Shown here: in pieces, positions 21,907 to 36,300 of the stretch
Position numbering within the stretch: position 1 is the first letter of the stretch
How the letters are laid out: each line of letters starts with the position of its first letter
Source of the DNA: Protoeuglena noctilucae
Lineage: Eukaryota
Length of the DNA: 64,000 bases
Assembly (NCBI GenBank): GCA_958009085.1
Contig: OY253685.1
Coordinates: 744,001-808,000, forward strand
Reading direction: 5' to 3'
Position numbers and translations under genes: made by a program
Notes under the pieces: model-generated
What the model saw: the letters and a program-made list of their open reading frames with translations, nothing else
What the model was told of the DNA's origin: nothing
Databases searched by the model: none

Positions 21907-24900
21907 ATGGTTGGACCCGGACTGCTCTCCACGGCGGACCATGGCCTGCGCACAACCAAGAAGGTCCTCATCGAGAATGCTATCGAGTACACGGACACGC
22001 TTGGGTACGTCATGGGCCGCTGCGCGCTCGCCGGGCGCGGCTGGCCAGATGCGTCACCGCGGCTCAACCTCTCGCGCGCCCCCGCCGCAGTTGGAAGAAG
22101 TGGCAGCCCGGCGCCGAGCACGTCAAGCACATCCTGGTGCGCAACATCTGCCCCGATGTCATCAAAATCAAGTATGGCCTTCCTTCGACCAAATACTTCC
22201 GCATGGACTTCCCCGAACCCATCAAGCTCTCCCCCGGTGCGTCGTTTGCGCCGGCTATTTCGTGTTGCACAGCAAACGCACCTAGATGATTTATCCTTGC
22301 TTGCAAATCCACGTCCCGGTCCCCATCGCGACCGCACAAGCGCCGCGCATGTCGACCCCGACCCCTTTCCCCGCGCAGGCATGTCCGCGAGCATCCCTGT
22401 GACCTTCTGCCCCACTCGCGCGATGCCGTACCAGGACCGCGTCACGTTCCAGTGGGCGCGCGGGGAATTCACCGTGTCGCTGCGTGGCCTGATGCCCGAG
22501 GTGGACCTGGAGGTCCCGCCGCTGGTGGACTTCGGCTATTCGCCGTGCCTCGAGCGCCGCTCGCACCGCGTCTCCATCCGCAACGTCGGCCGCGCGCCCG
22601 TCGACTTCGCCTGGACCGTCCCCGCGCCCTTCGCGGTCGAGCCGGCCCAGGGGTCGGTCCCGGTAAACTCTGAAGCAGTGCTCACGTGCTCCTTCCTGCC
22701 CACCTCCGCCTCCGTCTTCACCGCCTCCGCCGTCTGCAACATCACGGGCGGGCCCTCGATCACCATGCGCATGCAGGGCATCGGCAAATACGCCTTCTTG
22801 CGCCTCGATGCCGACCGCGTCAACTTCGGAGAGGTAAGGCACGGGGGGTATGATTGAGTCATCGACAGTGCTGGCCCTGCCGCATTCCCTCGCCTCCACA
22901 ACGCCCCTCAATGCCACCGCTCACAAGCGCGACAGTCTCCTCGACGCCCCCCGCCCTCCGCCCTCCCTCGCAGGTCCTCCCCAACTCCGTCGAAGAGCGC
23001 ATCGTGACCCTGCACAACCTGTCCGCCGTCGAGGCCAAATTCGAAGTCACCGGAGATGGCGATCCCGAACAGAGCCCCTTCGCCATCGTGCCCGCCTCCG
23101 CCACCATCCCGCCCTCCTCGTCCGCGCCCCTGCGGGTGAGACAACCCCGCGCTTTAGAGAGCGACAGCTGTGCTGATCCCGGTTCATTTGTGCGCATTGC
23201 ATCTGTGCTTCCCACCTCCTCAGCACCCACCTCGCTCCCAACCACGACCCCTGACCTGCCTGCCACCTACCCACCCTCATTTGCAGGTCAGATACAGCCC
23301 CACGACTGCGGACTCTGCCATCTCTGAGGTCTTTAGCGTCGTGGCCGTGGGGGGCAACACCCTCACGCTCACCGCCAAGGGGGCGTGCGTGGGGCCGGAG
23401 GTGTCGCTCTCCACGCAAATCCTCAACTTCGGATCCGTGCAAGGTGCGTGCGGTGCCAGTGCAACTGCGAACTTCGCAGCACAACGCTTGCCTTGCAGTC
23501 AAGCGCCGGCCGCACCTGTATCCGCACCCGCACCCGCACGCGCACCCACAGCCCACCCGCGCCCCCCACCCCCGTCGCTCCCGCAGCCGGCAAGCGCGCC
23601 AAGCGCGCCTTCATGATCTACAACCGTGCCCGCGTCGACGTGGCCTTCCAGTTCACCTGCGAGGGTGCCGGGGCGTTCGAACTCGACGCCGTCCGCGGCG
23701 TCCTCCCCGCCCTGGGTTCGACCCTCGTCAACGCGACTTTCACCCCGGAGGTCCCCGCGCAGTACCGCCGCCGTGTCTTCCTCCTCGTCATGAGCGCGTC
23801 GGAGGTCACGGCGCTCGACCTCATCGGAACGTGCTTCACGGCTGACCAGCACCCCGACCCGCTGCAGGAGTGGCACCTGCACCAGCACCCGCCGGCCATC
23901 GCGCCCACGCTGCCATCACAAGCGCTGCTGACGGGCGGGGACGCCGTGGAGGCCGCCACCCCGCGCGTCAGCCGGTGGGTGGGCGACGGGGGCGGCACGT
24001 TCGCGGCACCCACACTGGGGCCCGAGGGGTCGCCGCAGAGCACCCTGGCCGCCCGGCGCGCGACGCTGGGGTCCCCGGGCCAGGAGTCCGCGATGCTGCG
24101 CGAGGCGGTGGAGATGGCGGACATGGCGAGCCTTGCCGACTCGCGCCTGGGGTCGTGGGGTCAGATGCTCGCGCAGGCGCAGAGGGAGGGGCTCAGGGCA
24201 GGCGCCGGTGCCGCACAGGCCCCCGCGGCTGTGGACCGGTCGCCGTGGCGGGAGCTCTTCTCGATGACGCAACGCACCCCGGACGGTGGGCTGTCGGTGG
24301 ACGCGGGCGCGCTGGATTTTGGGGCTTGCTCTCGCCTTCGCCTGGCGCCCAACAAGACGGTCACGGTGACCAACCACACCAAGGAGCGCCTGGTGGTGCA
24401 CTGGGCCACCACGGCTGCTGAAGCCGACGTCGACCCTAAGGGTGAGAGCTACGCTGTGGTGCCATGTTGTGCTTGCCTACAACGCGCATCCCTCCCTCGC
24501 ACGACTGACTCTCGTGTTCAAATGTAATACCTGCCGTTGTACATTGTACACTACCACATATAAAGCTGACTCCCTCCTCCGCACGACTGTTGCATTCAAC
24601 CAAACCCACCCCTCGCACCGCCCCTCCGCAGGCCGCGTGTTCCCGGTCTTCCCCAACCAGGCCGAGGTGGGTCCTTCCCAGTCGGCCCAGTTCCGCGTGT
24701 CCTTCCGGCCCAAGAGGGACAACGCCTACTACGCGGCGCAGCTCGAGTGCTTCGCGGTGCGCAAGGCCGCCACGCACAGCTCCCTCGAGACCGGGCGTGC
24801 CAGGAACGCCGAGCAGCTGGCGGCGCAGCCCGTGCCGCTGCCGTGGGCGCTGGTCGTCGACGCCGTCGGGCACACGTTCCAGGGGGCGCAGGAGTCGCTG

Positions 24901-27900
24901 CCCATGGTGGCCATGTCAGCACAGCAGGTGAGAGGCACGAGGGGTGGGGGAGTCTGCACATGTCAGCAGGAGTTGCATGAGCTGGTCTCCTGCATGGCTT
25001 TTGTAAATGTGATAACGAATAACACCGCTTACGCTGTCATGCAGCCTGACTGTTCTGCTTCAAGCCCCGCCTCACCTCATTACACCTCTCGCCTCGTCAC
25101 GCCTCTGTTCCTCTGCCCCTCCCAGGTGGAGTTCCCGGCTGGCTACGTGGGGTCCTCCAGCAGCCAAGTCGTGTCCCTCTTCAACCAGGGGGCCACCCCG
25201 GTGACCTTTGAAGCCTCCGTGACGGCCGGCGCCGACGACGCGGGCATCGACGCTCCCTTCGCCGTGTACCCCTCCTGTGGGGTGGTGCCGCCCGCGTCCC
25301 GGCAGCTCTTGGCGCTGCGGTTCTCCGCTAAGGAAGCGAGGGTCTTTGCCGGGAAGCTCAAGGTGAGCAGCAAAGCGTGGTGGTCGCCTGGTCTCAGCAG
25401 CGACGGCGATCGCTCGCCCGCAGCTGCTGTGGCGTGCATCAGTTGCTGTCACCACAGGTGCTGCGACCATAGAAGTCACCGTGCCATGTATATAATACCG
25501 ACATGCCCACATGCGCACTCGCTGACCCCATCGCACACGCTTACTCGCTGACCCCTCTGCAGGTGCTGGTCAATGGCCACGGTGCGCAGTCGGTGGCGCT
25601 GCGGGGCGTCGGGTGCCGCCCGGCGCTGCGCCTGGGCGACTCCGGGACTCTGTTCTTAAAGCCCACGTGCGCGGGGGCGTCCTCGACGTGCCTCCTGCCG
25701 TGCCGCAACCCCACGCCCGTGCCCGTGGCCTTCCAATGGGAGATCCCCGAAGCCGCCAAGTCGCTGCTGCGGGTGTCCCCGGAGGCTGGGGTCATCCCTG
25801 GGGGCGAGTCGCTCTCTGTCGAGTGGACCTTCGCCCCACGAAAAGCCAAGGCGTACTCTCTGGCCGTCCCGGTGCACATGGGACCCCCCAACGGCTCCCA
25901 CTTCGCCGCCAGCCGCGGCGTGAGCGACGTCGCGGTGCTGCGGGTCGTGGGGGAGGGCACGGCGGGCGGGGTGGCCGTGACGAGCGGACCACTTCAGGCC
26001 GGGGTGGTGCGCATCGGGGACGTGGGGAAGGTCGCCGCCACGGTCGTCAACCAGTCCCAGGGGGTCCTGCAGTTCCTGCTAGTGCCCTACCGCGTGCGAC
26101 ACGACGGGACGGAGGAGATCGAGACGTCCGGGCAACTCACGCTGCCCCAGCCTCGGGGCACCCTGGCGGCCCTCACCGAACACAAGGCAAGTGCCGTGCA
26201 GGGAGGACGATGCTAAGGGACGGTCGGGCATCTGTTATTCGATTTCCTCGAACAAAGAGTGGCAGCAAATACCGTGACACAGTACCATATCGAGAGTGCT
26301 CGATGCGCAGGTCTACCCTTGCACCATGCGCCTGGAAGTGCCCTCGCTTCACGCTTCGCCGCTTTTTCCTGACTTCCCACGATGTTTGTCCGCAGATCCC
26401 CGTGGACTTCGCCCCGCGTCGTCGCGCGCTGTTCCATTTCCGCGTCAAGGTCTTTGCGATGGGCGGGGGGAGCGCCTCCGCAGCCCCGCTTGTGCCCGAG
26501 GCGATTGATCCAGCGGACCCCACGGGCCTGGGCCTGCCCTGCGCGGCGCAGTTCGACGTCATGGGCTCTGGGCAGCACCCGATGCTCCAGATCGTGGACG
26601 TCGCCAGCAGCCTCCAGAAGAGCGTCGTGTGGGACATGTCACAGGCTGCCGAGATCAACCAGGTGAATGCGCGACTGCGGGACGGTGCGCACTTTCCATT
26701 CACTGCTCAATCTCTCTCGTTTTCCCACCACCCTGCCCCTCACTCACCCACCCCTCGCCGCCCCCACCCATCCCCTGTCACCCTGTGTTTCTCTCACCCG
26801 CCCACCCCCATCCCACCTGCCCCACCCATTCCAACCCCAGGCGTTTGGCGCGGCCATGACCATCGACGAGCTCCACCGCGTCGAGGCCCTGGCCATGGGC
26901 AAGACATCCGTCACCGACGTCATGCGGCAGCTCACGCCCATCCCGGTCGACCTCCCCTGCGGCGCGCCGGGCGCCGAGGACGCCGTGCTGCACCTCTTGC
27001 TGCGGAACGTGTCGGACTTGGACGCCGACTGGAGCATCTCCCTGCCCAACGAGACCGACCTCGACATGGAGTCATGGGTATTGCCTCGCTTCCCTCCCGA
27101 CGCCGTGGCGCAGATGGAGCACCTGTTCGAGGTGCACCCGCGGTCCGGCAAGGTCGCGCCGGGTGCCGAGCAGCAAGTCACGCTGCGCTTCCGGCACGAA
27201 GCCCCCGCCGTGCACCGCCTCCCGCTCCTCATGTACATCGCGCACGGCAAGTGCCTGTCCCTGGAGATCGTCGGCCGCACCCTGGAGCCGGACGCCGCGC
27301 TGATGGCTTCCGGCGACGTGCACCACGAGCTCGTGGCCGTCGAGGTCGGCCGCCCCGAGCCGCCCCTCCAGACCGTCACGCTCTACAACCGCGGGCCCGC
27401 ACCCGTGCAGTTCGAGCTCGACACGGCCGCTTTACAGGACCTCCGCGCCGCCTGCTGGGACTTCGAGGTGCTCAAGCTCCTGTCGCCATCCCAAGGGACC
27501 ATCCCTGCCAGGGGCCACCTGGTCACGTGGTGGAGCTTTTCGCCCCTCGAGGCCAAGGAGTACGCGGTCACTGTCCCGGTGCGCGTGGACGGGGAGCCGT
27601 CGCACAACCTGGTGGTGACGGCACGCGGCGTGGCACCCACGCACGTGCCGGGGAGATGGGACGCGATGGCGGAGGCGGAGGGGCTGATTGCGGGGCACCG
27701 ACCGCCGCCGGGGTCCCTGGGACTGCTGTCCGGCGAAGTGGACCCGTTCAGTGGGAGGGGCGCAGAGGCCGATGCGCCCATGCCCAGTGGCGATGCGGCG
27801 GGGGACACAGGGCGGTCGCGGGCGGCGGGGCCGAGCGCGGGGGCGGAGGCGAGCGCGGCGGGCTCGCCGGGGGCGGCACGGGAGCGGGAGCGGGAGCGGG

Positions 27901-30046
27901 AGTCGGGCCCTGCGGAGATGCCGCGCGCGCTTTTGCGGACGGCCACAGCGCGGCCGGGCACCAAGGACGGTCTGAGGGGCCCCGAGACGCTGGGCCTGGA
28001 CGAGCGGACGGGCGAGAACATGGGCAGCGTGGACCTGCCGCTGTTCGCACGCCTGCGTGACCGGGCATCGCACGTGGCCCTGAGCCAGGATGTGCTGGAC
28101 ATGGGCAGCGTGGCGTGCGCCGAGACGCGGTGCAGCGTGCTGGTGAGGGCGGGGGGCAGATGGTGGCGGAATGCGCGGGGGGGCTTTGACTGCGATGGCG
28201 AGCTTTGCGGGGGGCTGAGGAGGGCTGGGACGTGCAAATGCGGTCATTTGGATGGGGCACCGTTCATCGGGGTACTGATCGCACCCAACCGTCGCTCACC
28301 TCCCTTGGCGCCCGCAGCTCGTGCACAACCGCCACGCGCACCCCATTCGATTCAAGTGGGCCCTCGGGGACTACGAAAAGGCCAAGGGGCGGGACGCTGG
28401 GCACTTTGGTGAGTCCTGGACAGGCAGCGGTAGGGGTGCACGGTCAGACATGCTTGGTGCCAGGGTGCTAATCGGCGGCACTAGAAACGATGCCGCGCAT
28501 TGGCTCACTCTGCCCTGCTCTGACTCTCTCACACAGCCGCACCCCAACTCTCTCGCTCTGCCTTGCCCTAAGTGACTCTCACTCCCCCATACACCCTCTG
28601 CAGACGGGTCTCTGTCGATTGAACCCATGGAGGGCGCCCTGAAGCCCGGCGAGCGTTGCCTGGTAAAATTCGAGGTCCGAGGCGGTGGCCGCGCCGTGCT
28701 CTTCGACGGATGCGTGGTGCTGACGACTGAGGAGCAACAGGACTCGGTATCACCGCGTGACGTGGCGCGGTGGACCATGGAGCGCACCCAGGGCGGCAGG
28801 GCGGTGGCCGAGGAGGCGGCCAAGGCGCTGCGGATGAGGCCGGGAGTCACGGGTGAGCGCACGCGGCGAGTTAGGGTGCAAGCGGGGCTTGCGATGGACC
28901 GGATCGTGTTCTCAGCAGGTACTACTGAGAACTACCCATCGCCTTGGCCGCAGGGTTCGTGGCCAATGAGCTGTCTCTGGACGCCATCACTTCGGTCGAC
29001 AGCGCCAACAACGAGTTGGACCTGAATGCCATCCAAAAGCACCGGGAGCGGCAGCAGCAGCAGGCGCCACCGCCGCCCCAGGTGCGCGTCCCTTCTTCAA
29101 CGTCACAACATCGAAGGCAACGTGCTTCTATTAGTAAATGTAATTGTTGAAAACTTCGTTCTTGCAGGTCCGGCCTCTGAGAGTGATTGGGGAGGTGCAC
29201 ACGGGGGAGCCATTGCTGCCGCACCTGGCGGTCTTGCGGAGGCTGGCCGTGCGAGAGATGGAGGAGGCCAGGAGGTGAGAGAAAGGAAGAGAGAGAGGGG
29301 CTTATTGAGTGCTCATCTACATACGTCGTACGCAAGTCATGTTGGGGCTGCCACAGTCCCTGCCAAAGTGCCAGCCCTACCTACCCAATTGCCTCTAAGG
29401 TTTCATCTCTCTTTATGCTAACCCGCGTCCACTCATGCGCGTGCCTTTAACCACCCCCGCAGGTCCCTGTGGGGCGGCCGCGACCCCGAGCAGGCCACCG
29501 GTGCGGACGACGACGGAATGATGGCGTCGATCGTGGGGAGCGTGCTCGAATCCGCACTCGAGGCCCTCGCCTGCGACCCGACCGTCTTCGTCGCCGCGCT
29601 CGTCCCGCAGCCGGACATCCCCGCGCGGCAAGCCGGCCGCCGCAACGCAATGCCTGCGTCGGTGGAGGCGGGGGTGGGCGACGAGGAGGCACGGCGGGCA
29701 CTGGCGGAGGCGGAGGGTCGAGTGGTGGACTTGGAGGCGGAGATGTTCGCCGAGTACCTGCTCGAGAGCGCCATCTTCAGGTGCGGGTTGTGCAGGGATT
29801 GGAAGGGGTTAAGCATTGCACGGGGCAGTCGTGGGGTGGCACTCTGCACCACACTGCTGTGCCATATGCGCCTTAATGATATGTTCATGACCCATCCGTA
29901 CACGACATCGATATGTATGTCCCTTTCCTGGCCCCCGCAGTGTGCTGCAAGAGTCCGTGGCCCCCGCAGCGCAGAGGGCCGCTGCGCACGCCACATCCAC
30001 GTTTGAGCCATTCCGGCCATCTCTGGTGAAGCCGGGCGGTTTTTGA
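21907..30046 (+). CDS. CFAP65: Cilia- and flagella-associated protein 65-like (tandem ASH/PapD-like Ig domains)
   Basis: WQPGAEHVKHILVRNI...IKYGLPSTKYFRMDFPEPIKLSPG|MSASIPVTFCP, VDFGYSP...IRNVG...FAVEPAQGSV, repeated LNFG/LDFG...N...V.P..G.I units, and C-terminal EMFAEYLLESAIFSVLQE. About 20 exons; TGA 30044-30046. Confidence 0.78.
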
Positions 30047-30343
30047 TTTGTGACGAGCGCTGAGTTGACAAGCAGTTCGCTGTTGTATCTGTAGATTGTT
30101 TGAGATCGGTCACGAAGCGTTGAAGAGACGTCCGGCCGCCAACTAAGGGAAAGTGCCACTGGCGGCACCGTGCTAACGATCTCCCGCATGCAATCGCACA
30201 TCCCGCGACGGCTGCCCGCCTGAGGGGAATAAACAAACACTCCAAGCGGCCGCATTGCGAAAGCGGACACACGCACAACAACAAACAAGCTACGCCACGA
30301 AACGCGACAATGTCTCGGCTCTCTCCCAATCACCCAGCCGCCC

Positions 30344-33300
30344 TCACATCGCCTTCCTGCGGCTGTCGGCCCTCGCGGCCCACCGCTTGCTAGGACGCGC
30401 GTCGCTGTCGCTGGGGAGCTCCGCAGGCCCCGCGAGCGCATCAGACAGCGCCCCGGATCCCATAACATCGTGCATTCCCCTCGTCTCCATGTCCTGGGAC
30501 CCCAGGCCCTGCCCGCGGCTCGGCTCCCAGACCCCCGCCATCGCTCGCCGGGCGGCGGCGTGGAAACCCCGACCGGGCCCGCCCGCCTCCGACCCGGCCG
30601 CACTGCGAGGGGGGGCGATGGGTGACAGCAGGTCACGATATGATCATGATCCAGGCACTTGTTATGTAACATAACCCAAGACGAGACTGAGCGGATCATG
30701 ATGTGATTGATGGTACACCCACCCCCCACCCATCCCCTCTCAAGCAATCACCTGTCCGGCTCCATCACCGCCGCCGGGTCCCCGTCATCATCCACCGCCC
30801 CCCGGTCCACCCGCCGCCGGCTCAAGCTCCCCCGCAGCGCCGTGCGTATCTCATCCAGCTTCCGCGACACAGCGCCGTCGTCGCTCTCGCCGCCCTCGCC
30901 GGCCCCGGGGCTCCCGCCGCCCTCCGCGCCCCCCGCCCACCGCGCGACTCTGTCCTGCACCCTGTCCAGGCTCCTTCGACCCAGGCCGGCGTTGGGCGAC
31001 AGCGTGCTGCTGGACCCGATGCGCCGGATTGAACCCGAGCTGGACCTCTCCCCGTGCAGCAGCATGCGCCCGTCCGCCACCGATGCCACCCTGCGACGGT
31101 CCAGGGGCACACGGCCGTCCACGCTGCCCTGCGCCGCCGACCCCGCCTCGCTCGTGCGCCCCGGGCTGCCGCTGCGCATGCTCGGCAGCGTGTTGCGGCC
31201 ACTGAGGGAGTCCGCACGGTCGGGGCGGCGCGAGTTCCCACGCAACCCGCGCCGGGACGCGTCCCGCCGGCCCAAACGGTATGCCTCTTGTATGGCCATC
31301 ACGATGGAAGGGTCCGGCGCGCCCCCGTCGCCCACCCCCGCGGCCCCGGGTGACACGCTGCGCTCCCGGCTGAGCCGCCCCGTGCTGCCCGTGCCCTCTC
31401 GGGTCATCGACGAGGTCGCCAAGGGCAGCGAGGCGGAGAAGGCCCCGGTGCCAAATCCCCCGCTCGCTGTGGTGAACTCCCCAGACCCGCCTCTCCCGTT
31501 CAGGAGCGGCGAGGTGGGTTCCGTGCCTGCGTGTGCACGTGACCCCGTAGCGCCTGGGTTGATGGTCTCTCGCACGCGGGAGGCCAGGAGCTGGATGCGC
31601 ATGTCCTTGCCGCCCTGTGCCGGGAGGCTCTCTGTGGAGGCGGACAGTGGGCCCAGCCAGCCGGGGCCCGCGGAGTTGGGGGCGCTGAGGCGAAGGGACT
31701 CGGCACGGCGATAGACCTGAGGGTGAGGGTGAGGGCGAGGGTAGCAGTGAAGGTGGCTGTGAGGGTGGCAGTGAGGGTGATAACTTCGGTTGGTGTCAGC
31801 ACCCGCAGTCACACACCGTAAATATCGTCATTTACACCACTCGCCTTCATCAGCCTCTCGGAGGTCTGCCGGCTCATGTCCCGCGCCCACCCGGCCCGCC
31901 CCATGCCCTCCGACACCCTCTTGTGGGCCATGACTGGCATGGGACCTGGCGTGTCGTTGCCAGAGGTCTCCGTGCCAGACTCCTCCCCGCTGTCCATGCC
32001 ACCCATGCCGCCGTTTGGGGTTAGCACGCCCGTCGACACCGCCTCCCCTGTGCGAGGCAGGCGTGATCAAACATAGGCAAATTGGATTCACCCTAGCTGA
32101 TGACGAAGCAGCAATCGATGTCATGAAATGCTCACATCACCTGAGAACATGACATGGCCGATGCTCGCGCCCCTCACCTCTCCGTTCTCCCGACAGCACC
32201 ATCCCCAGGTGTGCGCCCCACGCCCCCCGCGCCTGCCGCGCCCCCCGCGACAGCGCAGTGACGGCGGAGACGAGGGAGGAAAGGTCCTGGGACATGGGGC
32301 CATCGGGGGCGCCGCTGTTGTCCGGGATGGCTGCGGGGCAAAGGCGAAGGCGAGCTCAGTTGGGGTATCGTCAGCGCACAAGGAATGGAGCCCGCACTGA
32401 GACAAGGGCTAGTGTGACGGTCATTGCGCACGATGCTCATCCAGCTATGTTCACCTGAGAATGGCTGGAACATGAGCTCCCTTCGGCTGACCACGCGCCC
32501 GGCTGCGCCGAACGCCGCCCTCTCGTGGCCCTCGCCGCCACTCGCGGGCGCCTCGGCCAGCGCATACAGCGCCTCGATCAAGCTCTCCATGTTCTCCTGG
32601 TGTGTGTGTAGGAGAGAGGCGTGCAGCTCGCGTGGTACTGCCTGTGCCTGTCCCAGGGCCGTCTTGACGCGCTCCAGCCGCGCGCGGACCTCTGAGGATG
32701 CCTCTGGGGGAGCAGGAGAGAGCAGGAGGGAGTAAGAGAGGTTATAAGGGAGTGGGTGAGGTGGAGCGGTGACGGAGCGAGGGAGGGACAGAGCTGAGGG
32801 GACTATGGGTGATTGGGATGGGCTGAGCGTTCACCGTACTATGCATCCCATCGCCCTTGCCCCTCCCTCACCCGTCGGCCCGAGGGCCGTCGCCAGTTTC
32901 TCCAAGTCGTCCCGCATCTCCGCCAGATCCGATGCGGCGTCCACGGCGCCCGACCCCTCCCCGCGGATGATACGCTCGGCACGCTCCGCCAGCCGCGGCA
33001 CCACCGTGCTCGCCAGACGCCGAAGCTCGTCCGGGGACGGAGAAAGCGACTGCCTCGCAGCGTCAGCATTTCCACTCCCACCCGCACCCGCAACCGCACT
33101 CCTACCCGTCCCTGCACCCCCGTTCGCACCTGCACCTGCACCCGCACTCGCGCCCGCCCCATCCGCCCACAGTCCCCCCCGCCCCTCCCCCCGCTGCGTC
33201 ACCTCCCCTTCCTCCTCACCCTCCTCCAGCAGCCCCTCCGCCCACGCAGGCCCCCGCCGCCCCTGCCGCAACGCCCCTGCCCCAGCCCCCGCGCTCCCCC

Positions 33301-36300
33301 ACACCCCCGCCCCCACATTCCCCCACTCCCCGCCACCCCCCGCCCTACCCCCCCACGACTTCCACGTCATCCCCGCCATGTCCCCCAGCATCCCGCCCTT
33401 GTCCAGCATCTGCCGCTGGCTCGAACCCCGCGCGCGCTTCAGCATATCACGTCGCGACACCCCCGCGCTACTCGCACCCGCCCCGCCCTCCATCGTGGAA
33501 CCCCCGCCCCGGCTCGTCGCGTCCAAACCCTGCGCCGCCCCCAAGCCCATCCCAGCCAGCTCCTCCTCAATCACGTTCGCCGGCACCGGCTCGCTCTTGA
33601 TGTGGACCAGCGCCTTTAGGTTGGCCACCGGCGGGGGTCGCACGAAGCCCATGGGACCCTCCGCATCCCGGGAACCCCCCGCATACAGCCCCGCATTCGA
33701 CCCCCCGTCACCCCACTCTGACCCGGACCCAGCCCCCGTGCCCGTACCAAACCCTCCCGAAGGCGCCTTGCTTGGGCCGTCCGTCGCAGTCGCAGGCGCC
33801 GTCACCCCAGCCGTCGATGCGCCGCTCGTCCGACGGATCACCGTCCCCGCGTGGCTCGCGCCGCTCTGGTCCGCGTCGCCAGTGTCGATGCCAGTGTCGC
33901 TCGCTTCGTCGACGCCATCGCGGCGGCTCGGCCCCGGCGACCGCCCCGGGCGAGGCACCGCGGCCGCCAACGCTCCCCCGCCCCCCCGCGCCACGCGCCG
34001 CAGCAGCGTGGGCGACTCGGACGCCCCAGGATCCTCTGGCATTGGGAGGTCTTGCCACGCACCCGTCTCTGCCTTCGCCTCTGCCCCCGCCGCAGCCGCC
34101 GCCCCCGAAGCCCCCTCCGCGTCCCTCTCCGCTCCCCGCTCCCCGCGTTCGTTGCCCCGCGTGCCCTTGCCCCACCGCGCCGCGTTGCCTCGGCCCACAT
34201 CCCCAGTTTCCGGCCCATCGTCACCCCGTGCCGCCATATCCACACGGTAGCGCTCCGCTGCCGCCGTGCGCAGCGCGCCGTCCCCGATGCTCCCGAAACT
34301 CCCAAACGACACGTCTCGCTCCTTCTCTCGATCCAAGGGACGCGGCAGCACGGATGATGCCGGCCCAGCACTCTCATGCACACCAGCACTCGACCTCCCA
34401 CCTTCACCCCACCTCGCACCAGCACCCGCGCCCGCCCCCCGTGTCTTCCGCGCGCCCACTTGCCCCGGCGCCGTCTTGGTGAGCCGTTCATCGTTTCCCT
34501 CCACCTCATCCTCTTCACTTGACAACACCACATCACCCCCTATCCCCGCCACACTGACACCACCCTCGCCCTCCCTGGTCGTCACCACCGTCCCATCCGC
34601 CTCAGCACCCTCAGACGCGCTGTGACGCGAGCTGTCATGCTCGCTAGGCATCACCCACCGACCCTGGGACCCCGCCTTTGCCACCCGCACCGCTTCACCA
34701 CCAGACGCGGCCGCAGGCAATGACCTCAAGCCCTCGTCTGGCTTTCCAGCCACGCCAGTATCCACCCCCTCGCCCGATGCCCTCTCCGCCATACCCACCG
34801 CAGCACTGCCTGCCTCGGCGCGCCCGGTCTCACTCACGGATGCAGCCGCGTCACCGCCAGTGGCCTCGCCAGAACCCCGCCGCGCGCCTCCGTCCGCGTG
34901 CGGCCCGCTCCCCGCCTCGCCGGCTCTCCCAGGCAACCCGCTCTCTCGGAACCGACTCCCCGCACCCGCCCCAGCGAGACTGCGCACAACGCCGCTGCCG
35001 CCACCGCTCCCCTTCCCGACCTCCCCTTCGGCAGCCAGACCCCCATTGACTTCCGACCAGTCGCTCTCCGCCATGCTGCCCTTGCGTGCCACCCCGGATG
35101 GCGCACCGACCACCGAGGGTGCCGGGCTTGCGGATGCATCGCTGCGTGCCGAAGCAACGCTGGCTGCACGGCCCCATCCGGACAGGAGGGAGCCGAACGC
35201 GGATAGGAACGTGGAGGACGGGGCGGGGTCGTGGGAGGACCCGAGGAGGCGGCGTTGGAGGGAGGAGAGGAGAGACGTGGACGAGCCTGGGGGCGTGGTA
35301 GAGCGGGGTGGGATGGGTGGTGCGGTGGGGTGGATGGGTGATGACGCGCGGAGGGTGGAGTGTCACGAAGTGTGCAGGCCAGGCTCACCGGAAACGGACG
35401 AGGGTGCTTTGGCGGGAAGGGGCTTGGCATCCAGGCGCGCCGCGGGCTTGTCCGCCACCGTCATCGATGCCGCCACTATGCGCTCAGCCGGCCCCGCCCC
35501 CGCTTCCATTCCACCCATCCTCGGTGCTGCCGCATGTCCAGCTCCCGGCTCGGACCCCGCCTCTGCCTCCGACTCAGTTTCAATGCCGTTTGCCGCCTCG
35601 CGCCCCGCCACCGCCGCCGACGCCAGCCCTGCCCCAGTCCCCGCTCTCTCCGCCCGCTGCGGACTCCCATCACCCTTATCCCCCTCTGTGAAAACCATTT
35701 TGTCCGCACCCTCCACCGCCCCGTTCGCATGCTCTCTTACAGCCCCACCCTCACCCGCAAAGTCTGCAGCACCCGCACCATCCCCGCCCCCCGCAGTCAC
35801 CCCACCCTCCGCCCCGGCCCCGGCCTGCACCCCCGCATCCCCCACTCTACGCCACCGGGGCGCTGTAATTACCCCAGGCACCCTGGCAGCACCCGCCGCC
35901 GCCCGGCCGCTGTCCACACTAGCGCGCCTGCCCCCGATACCACTCAGCACAGGGGCAGCACGCTCCACGGCACTCCCCGACCCCTCGTCCCCGCCCCTCG
36001 CACTCGCAGCCTCGCCCGGTCCCCTCGCGCTGGCCGGCGCGCGATCCCCCACAGTGACCCCATCGCCCGCCGCCCCCACACCCCGACTCAGGCTGGGCGT
36101 CTCGCTGGCAAACACGCCCTGCAGGGACCTCCGGACCTCCCGCGACCGCGCCCGGGCCAGCGCCTGAATCTTTCGAATCAAATGGACGTCCCTATCAGAG
36201 AAGTCCGTCAGGGCTGGCAACTCCCCACCGTCGCCCGTACCCGTCTGCCGTGCCGAGGCCCCAGCCTCGCTCCCCTCCTCTGCCGCCTCCCCAGCCCCCG